Below, one piece after another: positions 1 through 10,739 of a DNA stretch of 64,000 bases. The stretch's first letter is position 1. Each line of letters begins with the position of its first letter. The stretch is from Batkoa obscura. Lineage: Eukaryota. Location: positions 496,001-560,000 of the forward strand of contig JASVEC010000025.1 in assembly GCA_030770535.1 (NCBI GenBank). Direction: 5' to 3'. The notes below the pieces were generated by a model. The model was not told the DNA's origin and made no database searches. It saw nothing but the letters and a program-made list of their open reading frames with translations. The position numbers and the translations under genes were made by a program.

Positions 1-41
1 GCTATATCAATATATTTTAATTGTTTTAGTTTAATTTAAAA

Positions 42-1085
42 ATGTCTTTAACACCAGGCCAAAGTATACAAGTAGTGATAGCGGTGATAGGTTTAATATT
101 AAATTTACTTGTAGGTTGGGTAGTAAGTTATGGCTTAAAATTAAAGAGTACAGATTTAATATTAATATTAATCATTGCTGTTGGTGATAGTTATTATTAC
201 TTACATAATATAATACGAATGACATTAGTAGGTAGTGGTTATTTAATAGTGGATTCTAAAATATTGAACCCCACTCCTTATTGGTGGTGTCACTTCGATG
301 CTACTATTGATATGACTGTCTATTTATTTTGTATTGAATTAGTAGCTATCTTGAGTTTTATGCGTTATTTAAGTATTTGTAAAAAAATGACATATAATCC
401 AAAGTTATGGTATAGTTTAGGTTTATTATCTTTTATCTCTAATCTTGGCTTTTCATTAGCTTATATTATTAATGGAGTTTATAAATGGTCGAATACTGAA
501 CTAGTCTGTGTGCCTGTAAAAAACCCAGAGATTCATAACAATTTATTTGAAACTTATTATTATTTAACATTTGCTACTTATGTTATACGTTCAATTATTT
601 CTTTATTAGTGATTTCATTTTCGTATTTTAATATGACTTCGGTTTACTATCAAGTGATATCCTCCTCTGGTAACATGTTATTGAAAGATGCCAATTCATC
701 TACTCATGTCGAACAGATGAATAATCCAACAATTCAAACGTCACACTATGTTTCTAATAATATTGAACAAGATTATACAAGTCAACAAAAAAGTATACGT
801 AATCAAAAATGGTTAACAGTAATTAAATTAATGGGTGCTGTTTTCGCTTATTCTATCTCTGTGATTCCAGATATGATTTTAAATATACTAATTCTTTTAC
901 CTGATACTTTAATTAATTTGAATATTGGTTATACTATTCCTGTGGTCACTAGTTTATTATTAAGTTGTTATGGTTTGATTAATGCAGTATTTGTGTTGTC
1001 GTCGCATGACCCTTCAAGACGTTATTTGTTATTTAAAATGGAGTGTTTGATCACGGATTTCAAAGTTCTATTGAACTTGGGTTAG
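42..1085 (+). CDS. Rhodopsin-like (class A-type) 7TM G-protein-coupled receptor
   Basis: 347-aa intronless ORF with seven hydrophobic segments. TM1 GLILN, TM2 AVGD, WWCHFD before TM3, SFMRY at the DRY position, second-loop Cys (ELVCVP), TM6 Pro, TM7 INAVF at the NPxxY position. Confidence 0.7.
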   Translation: MSLTPGQSIQVVIAVIGLILNLLVGWVVSYGLKLKSTDLILILIIAVGDSYYYLHNIIRMTLVGSGYLIVDSKILNPTPYWWCHFDATIDMTVYLFCIELVAILSFMRYLSICKKMTYNPKLWYSLGLLSFISNLGFSLAYIINGVYKWSNTELVCVPVKNPEIHNNLFETYYYLTFATYVIRSIISLLVISFSYFNMTSVYYQVISSSGNMLLKDANSSTHVEQMNNPTIQTSHYVSNNIEQDYTSQQKSIRNQKWLTVIKLMGAVFAYSISVIPDMILNILILLPDTLINLNIGYTIPVVTSLLLSCYGLINAVFVLSSHDPSRRYLLFKMECLITDFKVLLNLG

Positions 1086-1338
1086 TTTTGAGACTTTTTA
1101 TATCTTTTGAAGCTTTAATGGTGTATTTGAATTTGTTTAATATTAAAATAGCAACAGTGCAATTTTTACCCCTTAAAATTTAATATTTAAAAAAATTTAA
1201 AAATTTAAAAAAATGAAAGAATTCTTGATTTATTTTTTATATTTAAAATTCTTTTTATTATATAATAAAAAGTTATTAAATAAGCATCGATATTATTATT
1301 AATTTTTATAATAATCATAATTAAACTAATCTACTTAG

Positions 1339-1443
1339 TATGGGGATATATTTTTATGTTTAAGAATTTCACTAACAATCTTTCCACTCAAATAGCGCTC
1401 AAAAAATGGAAAAAATGATGAAGCCAAAAAAAAACACCCTTAT
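1339..1443. mobile_element. MITE-like element copy (~105 bp family)
   Basis: TATGGGGATATATTTT...AAAACACCCTTAT imperfect terminal inverted repeats; internal TTTCCACTCAAATAGCGCT core shared with other copies. Confidence 0.8.
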
Positions 1444-1571
1444 ATGTTTTTTCGTTATTGAACTTTATAAATTATTAGTATAGTTGGCATTAACCTACAA
1501 ATATCTTTATAATATAAGACTTTTCATTTTAGATCTAAAAAACTATTATTCATCAATGTTTTTAAAAAGAA

Positions 1572-1619
1572 TACTATATTACTATATTACTATATTACTA
1601 TATTACTATATTAGTATAT
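1572..1619. repeat. Tandem 8-mer (TACTATAT)x6
   Basis: Five exact units plus TAGTATAT, directly abutting the MITE copy at 1617. Confidence 0.85.
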
Positions 1620-1718
1620 GGGGGTATTTTTTTTGGATTCATTACTTTTTCCATTTTTTAAGCGCTATTTGAGTGGAAAGATTGTTAGTAAAATTAAACA
1701 CAAAAATACATCCCCATA
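1617..1718. mobile_element. MITE-like element copy
   Basis: TATGGGGGTATTTT...AAATACATCCCCATA; core AAGCGCTATTTGAGTGGAAAG, opposite orientation to the 1339 copy. Confidence 0.85.
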
Positions 1719-1796
1719 TCTTAGCTAGTACCTCTCCAATTTATTAAATCCAATAAAGTTAACAAAATAAAGATTTAAATTTGAATAATATTTCAA

Positions 1797-1868
1797 TCTC
1801 GGGTAGTATAGTGGTGAGTATCCCCGCCTGTCACGCGGGAGACCGGGGTTCAATTCCCCGCTCGAGAG
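1797..1868 (+). tRNA. tRNA-Asp(GTC)
   Basis: 72-nt cloverleaf: acceptor TCTCGGG/CTCGAGA, anticodon arm CCCGC-CTGTCAC-GCGGG, T-loop GGTTCAATTCC. Confidence 0.97.
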
Positions 1869-1937
1869 TAGATTAATATATATTTTTCACAAAATCGAAT
1901 ACAATGGGACGTTTATTTTAAAATAAGTGATAACATT

Positions 1938-2038
1938 TAGGGATGTATTTTTGTGTTTAGGAATTTTGCTAATAATTTTTCTACTCAAATAGCGCTTAAA
2001 AGATGGAAAAAGTAATGAAGCCAAAAAAACACCTCCAT
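1938..2038. mobile_element. MITE-like element copy
   Basis: TAGGGATGTATTTT...AAAACACCTCCA with core CTCAAATAGCGCTTAAAAGATGGAAAAAG. Confidence 0.8.
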
Positions 2039-3062
2039 TTAGTAGTAGTTCTATATGACATATAAAATAATTATTTGACACGTTATTTAAACAATATTTT
2101 AAAAATTCATTGTTTGACTTCAAATATTGATTTAAAATAATGACAACAAACAAATTGTTTTTAAGTTAGTATTTTATTATCATTTAATAAGCAACAAAAT
2201 ATTAGGAAAGTGTCATAGGATAGGGAGAGGATTTTTTAATAAGCAATAATTTATTTAATTTAATTTTATATATTTAATTATATAAAGAGATTTCTATGTA
2301 AACTAGATGTGTCATAGCTTATCTAAATAGTTGACTCTTATACTTTTTTAATTCGATTTTACTGTTTTCTTTATTAATTTTTATCCTCTTTTTTTATTGT
2401 ATTGTATTAACCTTATTGTTATTAAATCTTTAATAAAACAATATTAATAACTTAGGTTGCTTAAATGCAATTTTTAAACAAAATGATAGAAATGCCAATT
2501 AATAAATCAGAGCTTACTAATAGAGTGTGTTATTATTAAAAACAAAGTTAAAACTGTTAAATTTTCACAATATTAAAAATAACTCCATAACTTTTAATTG
2601 TCAAAAGAAAAAATTAATTATGTCCTATTAATCAACTCTATTTTTAAAAGGCTAAAGTCGAGCAATAGTAAATAATAGAGTATTATATTATAAAATAGTG
2701 CTTAAGTAAGCTTTAATTTTACCAATGTTAAAATAAAAATACTTTTCCTTAAAGACTTAAATTAAAAACTTCAGCTAAAAACTAAGAATAGTAATAATAT
2801 AAATTTAAACTATAACCAATCTATTTTTTAATATATTTCATTTATTATTAGCATATAAATATAGATTTTATAAAGAACAGTAATCAATTTCACCCAGTGT
2901 TTTAATAAAATAAGGCCACTGAACTTCCAAATAAAGAAATATCCAATCCAAGGTTAAATTGCAAAAACCCAAGTTCCAACTTTTTAATTTAGTCCCAAGC
3001 ATCTTTTAAACCAAAAGTACGATTTAGTCTAAAGAAAGAGATTCAAGTATCAAGTACTCAGG

Positions 3063-6044
3063 ATGGAAGAGTTAGAAAATTATTTTGAAATTGATAAATC
3101 GTTACAATTTGCTGAAGAAAATAGTCAAAATTCGGAAAAATTTCATCAACCTAGTCCAAGGTATAATGAGCACATTGATTATGGAGAAATTGAAAAGATT
3201 AAAGTGGTAGGTCGAGGTGTTTTTGGTAAAGTTTATAGGTGTCGATATCGAGGCCAAATTCATGCTTTAAAAACATTAACCAATTCTTTGATGTTAACTT
3301 CAAAAGAAAAGGAACGTCATGTTCAAAGTTTAAAATTAGAAGCAAGAGCTTTATCACAGATTCGAGTATGTGATTATGTCATTGAATTAGCAGGTACCTG
3401 TTTAGATAAATCAAACCAAATTTGCATCCTTATGGAATATGTACATGGGCCTAATATGCACCAATTTATGGAAAATTTTCACCATCGTTTACCTTGGAAA
3501 AAGAAAGAAGCTTTAGCTTGGGAAATAGCAGCTGGGGTAACTTTTATCCATGATAGAAACATTTTACATCGAGATTTAAAATCAGATAATATCCTTATAT
3601 CCTTATCTCCTTTATCTGATACTGAAAAATTAGAGGTGGATATCTCTGATTTAATTAAGTGTGAGCCAAACTTACAACATATCCATGCCAAAATCGCTGA
3701 TTTTGGTATTTGTAAAATTACCAATGAAACTTATTCAACCAAAGAATCCTTCCGTGGGGCTGGTTCTCCACCTTGGATGGCACCGGAATTATGTATGGAT
3801 GAAACTTTAGTACCAACAAAACAGAGTGATGTTTATAGTTTAGGTTGGATCCTTTGGGAACTAGCTGTTTCAGATGGTCGTCGACCTTATGAAGGACATA
3901 CTATGAATCAAATCTTTCAATTTAAAGTTTCTGGTTATGTGGAGCCTTTACCAAATGAAATTCCAGAATATTATAGAGAATTGGTGATTGCTTGTACTTC
4001 TTATGAACCTTTGGATCGTCCCTTTGCTGGACAAGTAATGGAAACAATTCGAGATGAACAGGAAACGGATAATGGGGAAGATGAATTGATTGGTTATTAT
4101 GAAACATTCGGACAATTGCATGGTACTCATAACTTTCATCCTACTCGATTATCCAATGTCAATGATGTTGGTATGCCAAAAGATAGAGCATTTGGTGGAG
4201 AATCAAAGGGGATCAATTTAGCTTCTGAGGCTTCTTTAAAAGAGTTTACAACTCCAGAAAAAAAAGAAGCACTCTTAGAAAGTTTAGCTAAAAAATGCGT
4301 TGAAAATGATTTTACAGCTCGTACGGATATGCTAATACTCTTTGGTATAAGAGCAGATACCGAAGCTATCTTATTATGTGGTATGGGAGATTGTTATAGC
4401 TCTGGATCCCATGGATTTACTAATATTGTTCGAGCAATTATATGCTATGAAAATTCAGCAAGTTTAAATTATTCCCCAGCTATTTGTAAGTTAGGTTTAT
4501 GTTATCGAGATGGTATAGGAAAACAACAATCTATTACCAAAGCTATTCAATGTTTTGAAATGGCAGCTGAATTGGATGATCCTATTGCTCAATGCTGCCT
4601 TGGTGAATGCTATACCTTAGGGATTGGGGTTGACCAAGACTTCCAAATGGCTTTACAATTTTTTGAACTTTCGGCAGGTAAAGATAACTCAGATGCTCAA
4701 ATGCAATTAGGTAAATGTTATTATAATGGACTTGGAGTCAAAGTAGATACTAGCAAAGCACATAATTATTTTATGCTTGCTGCTTCACAAGATCATCCAG
4801 AAGCACAATATATCCTTGGTGTAATGTATGCCCAAGGAATTTCTAAGCCACCTAATAAGGTTGAATCTTTTAACTTTTTCCTTAAGGCTGCCTTGCTAGA
4901 TCATCCAGAAGCACAAAATAATGTTGGTAGCTGTTATTATTTTGGAAGAGGGGCGGAAAAAGATTATGTTAAAGCAACAGAGTGGTTTTTTAAAGCTGCA
5001 TCCCAAGACTCAGCTTCAGCACAAAACAACCTAGGTCATTGCTATGAGATGGGCCATGGGGTAGAAATGAATACTTCAGAAGCGTTTAATTGGTTTCAAA
5101 AAGCAGCAAACAACCATCATCCAGGGGCACAAAACTCATTAGCTAATTTTTATATGGCAGGACGAGCAGCACCTAAATCACCTTTTTTAGCATTTGAATG
5201 GTATAGCAAATCAGCGGAAAAAAACCATCCAAGAGGCCAAAAGAATCTTGCACTTTGTTATTATGAAGGGGTGGGCACAACAAAAGATTATAAAGAAGCG
5301 TATTATTGGTATACAAAGGCAGCTGAACAGGGTAATGTTGATGCTATGATGAAATTAGGCAAATTGGCTAGCAATGGAGAAGGGGTAACTGCCGATTATT
5401 CGCTTGCTTTTTATTGGTATAACAGAGCAGCTGAGACGAGTGATCCAAATGCACAAATTGCAGTAGGTAAATGTTATTTAAGGGGAAAGGGGGTGCCTAA
5501 AAACCTCGATGATGGGTTTTTATGGATCTCTAAAGCAGCTTCACAAGATAATATGACAGCTATCACTTACCTTGGTATTTGCTTTTTGAATGGTCATGGA
5601 TGTACTAAAAACCCTACCAAAGCTTATCAATGCTTCTTAAAGGCATCTACTATGGGATCGGCCCAAGCTAGTTTTAATCTCGGTGATTTATATCGCAAGG
5701 GAGTTGGTACACCAAATGGTTCTGATTTATTAAAAGCAGTCGAATATTATGAAAGAGCAGCAAGTAAACGCCATGCTATGGCCTTGTTTTATCTTGGAGT
5801 ATGTTATCATCGTGGGTTAGGGGCAGGTACGGATTTAAGTAAAGCTATCAATTATCTTAAAGAATCGATATCGTTGGGATGTAAGGAAGCAGAATATTAT
5901 TTGGAAAAAGTCAAGGCATTGAACAGTAGTCCAAATGTTAAAAACAGCGTAGAAAATAAAAGACAACTTCATCCAGGTCGACCACCATCACCAACAGGTA
6001 ACAATGTAGAAAATCATAAAGACAAAGACTGCCTTATTTTATAG
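3063..6044 (+). CDS. TKL-type protein kinase with Sel1-like repeats and C-terminal CaaX (CLIL)
   Basis: GRGVFG, ALK, HRDLKSDN, DFG, GSPPWMAPE; then roughly 14 ~36-aa Sel1 repeats (AQxxLGxCYxxGxG...AxxWFxKAA); ends KDKDCLIL*. Confidence 0.93.
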   Translation: MEELENYFEIDKSLQFAEENSQNSEKFHQPSPRYNEHIDYGEIEKIKVVGRGVFGKVYRCRYRGQIHALKTLTNSLMLTSKEKERHVQSLKLEARALSQIRVCDYVIELAGTCLDKSNQICILMEYVHGPNMHQFMENFHHRLPWKKKEALAWEIAAGVTFIHDRNILHRDLKSDNILISLSPLSDTEKLEVDISDLIKCEPNLQHIHAKIADFGICKITNETYSTKESFRGAGSPPWMAPELCMDETLVPTKQSDVYSLGWILWELAVSDGRRPYEGHTMNQIFQFKVSGYVEPLPNEIPEYYRELVIACTSYEPLDRPFAGQVMETIRDEQETDNGEDELIGYYETFGQLHGTHNFHPTRLSNVNDVGMPKDRAFGGESKGINLASEASLKEFTTPEKKEALLESLAKKCVENDFTARTDMLILFGIRADTEAILLCGMGDCYSSGSHGFTNIVRAIICYENSASLNYSPAICKLGLCYRDGIGKQQSITKAIQCFEMAAELDDPIAQCCLGECYTLGIGVDQDFQMALQFFELSAGKDNSDAQMQLGKCYYNGLGVKVDTSKAHNYFMLAASQDHPEAQYILGVMYAQGISKPPNKVESFNFFLKAALLDHPEAQNNVGSCYYFGRGAEKDYVKATEWFFKAASQDSASAQNNLGHCYEMGHGVEMNTSEAFNWFQKAANNHHPGAQNSLANFYMAGRAAPKSPFLAFEWYSKSAEKNHPRGQKNLALCYYEGVGTTKDYKEAYYWYTKAAEQGNVDAMMKLGKLASNGEGVTADYSLAFYWYNRAAETSDPNAQIAVGKCYLRGKGVPKNLDDGFLWISKAASQDNMTAITYLGICFLNGHGCTKNPTKAYQCFLKASTMGSAQASFNLGDLYRKGVGTPNGSDLLKAVEYYERAASKRHAMALFYLGVCYHRGLGAGTDLSKAINYLKESISLGCKEAEYYLEKVKALNSSPNVKNSVENKRQLHPGRPPSPTGNNVENHKDKDCLIL

Positions 6045-6278
6045 TCTAATGAGGATCTATTTTGCTATTACTAACCTTTTTAAATATCCTTGCTGTTGAG
6101 TATGAGAACTTTTGATTTAGTATTATTTTTAATATAAATTAATTAACTATTTTATTTTAATATTTATTTTATTTTATTTTATTTTAGTTGGCTATTAATT
6201 AAGTCACGTTTTTCAGTTCATATAAATAAAATGAAATTGACTACATAGTTCTTTTAAATAACTTAATTACAGTAAAAG

Positions 6279-6901
6279 ATGGAATCAGCTAGTAGCTTAC
6301 AAGCAGAAGAAAAAGAAAATAAATTTTGCGTAATAACTCAAGTAATAAAGGATAGCTATAGCCAAGCAGACCTTTCAACTTATTTCAATCTAGAAATAAC
6401 ACAAACAGATCATAATTTTAAAATGGAGCTAATACTAAAAGAAGAACTTCTTATTGATGGAGGTAGTTTAGTACATATTTCATGCTAATCCTTTAGTCTT
6501 AACAAAAACATTCAACTATTTGATATGGAATTTAACAATTATCTACAGTCTGATAACCCTAGAAAGTTTACTTTTGATTTACATGAGGTCAGTGAAAATT
6601 TAGGCCTTAATAAAGACTATACATCTATCACAAGTGGAGCTCATTATGGACAAAAATATGGTTTTACATTGGATGAATATTCGGAAGAAGACGAAGCAAG
6701 ATTTAAAAGCTATAGTAAAATTTAATTTTACTTTGGTGATTTTTTTAATTACTGCTAGATTATCGATACCGAAAGCCATTTAATTATGGTGCTTTAAATA
6801 CTTGGGGATCTAACTCTTTGAGTACTGTAAATGGGTCATCGGGATCCACTTGGTTGGGTTCTAAATTTAAAATTTTCTTTAGTTGCTTTGGCCGTTGTTA
6901 G
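6279..6901 (+). CDS. Hypothetical multi-exon protein or decayed gene
   Basis: ORFs 6279-6488 and 6525-6725, plus a GT..AG intron (~6715-6759) that splices in frame to a last exon ending ...FFSCFGRC*. The obvious first intron (6463-6496) does not restore the frame, so the model is uncertain. Confidence 0.35.
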
Positions 6902-7326
6902 CCATTGTTATAAATAAAGAATGACTATTTATTTGTTATTCTATTTTATTTACGATAATAATACCTTTTGTTCAACTTTTTTATTGTTATTAATAATAAA
7001 AATGAGAATGTTGCTCACTAAAGCTAGCCATATTTTAACAATAGTGTTGAACGTTAATAATAAAGGAAAGTCAAAATAATATCTATAGCACTAAACTCTT
7101 TTAGAAAAAATAAAGCTTACCATCATATTATAATCTATTAACTATTGAAGTCAATATAAGCTTAAAGTGTATGAACCTTCTTAAAAGTTGAAGCCTAAAT
7201 TTTACTTATTTATTTTTATAATCCCTGGTACCATAAATGAATTAGTAATAAAAATATAAAAGACCACTACTACACTCTAACTTAAATAAATCGTTTTGAT
7301 AAATTAGAACTGTCCTCTATCGCACC

Positions 7327-8405
7327 TTAAAGGTTAGCTGGGTTCTTTTCTCTCATAGCCCATTTAAAATACTCATAAGCTGACCAACATAAAGCTGTGG
7401 ATGGAGTATGGGACAACATCCTAGGTGCTAATCCTCTAAAGAATCCTTTAACTCCTTCTCTAACATATATTAATTTTGCTCCTTGGAAAAGCCCATTTAC
7501 GTTTTTGATCTCTAAGTCGTTCGATGTACCTCTAGTTTGTAATAAAGTTTTAACCACATCTAAAGGAGTGGTAGCACCAGCTGCTACTGCACCTGCAATA
7601 CCACCAGAAACAACATGAGACAAAATAGAGTATTCTTTTTTGGGGTTCATAAAATCACTCATAGCTTCATAAGTGGTGAACTGAATAGCTTGAAATGGTA
7701 CAGTCATTGTAAGAGTGGTTGGATAAGATATATAAAAAGCTCTAAATCCTTCTTTCTTTAACATATCTCTGGAGCACGCTATAATACTTTTATAGCTTGA
7801 ACCATGAACTTGCATACGTTGTTTGATTACTAGATTGATTTTCAGACAAAATTAATTTAAAATAATAGTCAAGTTTACCATCAAATGGGTTCATAAAAGC
7901 GTCTGAAATAATGGTAGCACAAGCGCCAGAAGCAGCTAATAACCTTTACTTAATAATCATTTAACATATATATAAATCAACTTACCAATCCCTAAATGAC
8001 TTTGTCCGTTTTGATTGAAATATAATTTAGCTTGCTCATAGGTACCAAAATATAAAGCATGTGCTGGGCCTGCTCCTATTACTACTGAACTAACACCACG
8101 CCATAAAGTTAATGCTCCTTCAGTTGAAGTAATCTTGGTAAACGCTTGGGCAACACCATTATATATAGCTTGTGGATTGGGATTTAAAACTTGCATACGA
8201 GTCTAATGTAATTAAAGTTTAGATTTGAATTGTTCATTGGTTTATCATTGTTTCTAAATAGCTTCTTTTAAAAATAAATAATTACCTTGATTGAGTCAAA
8301 TGGATGCATAACTACATGCTCAGTTATACCTGCTAAAGCACCAGCTAATAATTGAGTTCCAAAGGTGGCGTTCTCTGGTAAACTTTCATAATCTACTTCA
8401 GCCAT
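7327..8405 (-). CDS. MRS3: Mitochondrial iron carrier (mitoferrin, Mrs3/Mrs4 family), 4 exons
   Basis: Exon 1 (8405-8286) [10 protein letters not shown]...[20 protein letters not shown], then TRMQ...[53 protein letters not shown]. These are mitoferrin-typical motifs with GT-AG introns. Confidence 0.92.
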
Positions 8406-8479
8406 TTAATTTAATTTTTCTATTTAATTTTTGTAAAAAGTATAATCTCAAACTAATTGTAACTTTTACAATTTTTATA

Positions 8480-8488
8480 TTATCAGAT
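8480..8488 (-). promoter_or_regulatory. ATCTGATAA, candidate iron-responsive GATA repressor site
   Basis: Exact match to ATCWGATAA about 75 bp upstream of the mitoferrin ATG. Confidence 0.55.
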
Positions 8489-8721
8489 TGATTAATAATT
8501 TAATTTGGTGTGAAAATTAACTTTTTAATCTGGGGTAGGTTGGGTTTAATTTTAAGCTTAACTTTAATTAGTTGTCTTTTCAGAATATCTAACATTGTTG
8601 AATTATCATCATATTTGGCTTCCAAATTGCTGCAATCTGATTGGTAACCTCGGATCGTTTTTCCAGCTTTATGGATAATTTCGAATTTCCATATGCTTTC
8701 TGTGCCAATTTGAGTCAGCTT

Positions 8722-8730
8722 TTATCTGAT
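8722..8730 (-). promoter_or_regulatory. ATCAGATAA, second candidate iron-responsive GATA site
   Basis: Exact ATCWGATAA match about 320 bp upstream of the mitoferrin ATG, same orientation as the first. Confidence 0.55.
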
Positions 8731-10739
8731 GCTTTAACTTAAGCTGGTTTGTTATCTGCTGACTGCTTCATCTAAAAACGCTCATATGATAGATAAATGG
8801 ATAGTATATATTATTATTATTATACCATAAGATAAACAGTAAGTTTTATTAATGAAGATATAATAAATTTCACTATTAGCAAAGTATGTATGAAATCTGA
8901 TTAATCAATATTTTTTTCAAGAATAGAATTTAATAGATAACATAAATTTATTATATACTATATTATATAAAATGATAGCTAATATTTATTATATCATGTT
9001 ATAAAAAATCTGTTAATACAATAAATAGCTCAAAAATGCAATTTCAAATGCTAAATACGACTAAAATATTGTAATAAACTTTTTCATACATAATTCATTT
9101 TTAAGTTTTAAAGAAAAGTATTTAATAAACTTAATATGGCAAAATAATTTAAAATCTAGTTAATAAAAGAACTAATATATATATGAATGTCTCTCTTTAG
9201 AATTTTTAATATATAGTAAATAATAAATAGTTTAATGGCGAATGTAACCTGTAAAATATTTTTTATTTTCACTAAAACGATTATATTTCTGTCCTAAAGG
9301 ATTCCAATTGAATTTAATTTGATTGTTTTTTTCAAAATTTAATTCGCTTCTCAAAATCAAATTGAAACATTTCAAGGATATTTTTTAAACAAAGAGGAAT
9401 TTCTTTATAAAAATATTTATTAGATTCAAAAAATACATTTACCCAATAAGAATAGCAATGAAAGTCTACTGATATAAATGGGAATGCCAACTTTCTTTAA
9501 TCATCTTGTTTATTTTATATACAGTTTGAAAATCGAAAAAACTGTAAAAACTTTTAAACGAAAATATGACTGTTTTATTTGTTTTTTATGACATATTTTA
9601 ATAAAACAAATTATAATATTAACTTTTTTGACAAACAATATATTGCTATTCAGAATAAGCACATAGTCGTACCATCATTTCTGTCTTTCTACTTTGATAG
9701 TTGTTTTAAATAGGTAAATAGCTATAGAGTATACAGTTATTTTTTTCATTTTGATTTAGCGTGGATTATTTTTTATGCAAATTATTGTATTGAAATTTTT
9801 GAGCTCAATTACCTAATTAAGGTTAAAATAAAGCGATACTTGAACCTTAAAAAGCGGAAAGCTTAAAGTAACCATTTAAACTACTATTAAAGCAATTAAA
9901 GTAAACAGGGAAGTGGGTTGATTACAGTGGCTTCAATTAAAACGCTAACTTCCGTTTGTATTTTATATAGATAATATTATCTTGATAGCAAAAGAAGGCT
10001 AAGTTTACTTATACAGGTTCAATTTATACAATAGATTGCAAAAAAATGTAAAAGAGCCATTTATTTAAATTGGATTTTTAAATATATTGATAGTTACTAT
10101 ACGTAATGGAAGTTAAGAATTTACCCTTAATTTGGAAAGAACAGTCCACTTAATGAATTGTTGCCTTTAAATATAGAAGGTCACAAAACGGGCAAAAATG
10201 AATCGCTCTTTAAATTAAAAATCAACGCATAAATTTGTTTAGTTTTACTAAAAAAATTAAAAGTTTTAAAACAAGAATTAATTTAATAGCTTTATTGGGG
10301 ATAGAAAATAAAACAATGAATTATACTCAATTTAGGCTTCCTCAATTATTAGTAGCAAAAGTTACTGGAGATTGATTGGCTACCATTAAAGTTTTCGGAA
10401 CATCCAAGTTCTATAACTTTTGTTATTTCATGTATTTAATTATGAACTAAGGTTGATAATTAATAATTCCTTTCAGTCATTTTTCTTTTATTTTATTTTC
10501 AAATTTAAGTACAATTATACCATTTGGTTTTAATTTTATTTGGTTTTTTTACTACCTTTAATTAATATTTAACTTTTGTAATTTAATAAATAATATCAAA
10601 ACTCCTTGAATTTGAAACTATATCAACTATGTAAGTTCAACTTTAGTTTGAGGTTCATTTCTTTGATACTCCGTACTCACTTTTGAAATATTTATTAACT
10701 TATTTATTATAGATAAATCCAGTATCTTTTGAAAGTAAA

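Noticed and set aside
1339..2038. Repeated ~105-bp units as a CRISPR array or REP-like system
   Set aside because: Eukaryotic context, dispersed copies in both orientations, no regular repeat-spacer period and no cas genes.
1484..2153. Short ORFs 1484-1672 and 1887-2153 (also 45080-45313 and 57929-58183) sharing an 'FKRYLS' peptide
   Set aside because: The shared peptide is just the translated MITE core (TTTAAGCGCTATTTGAGT); they are not a protein family.
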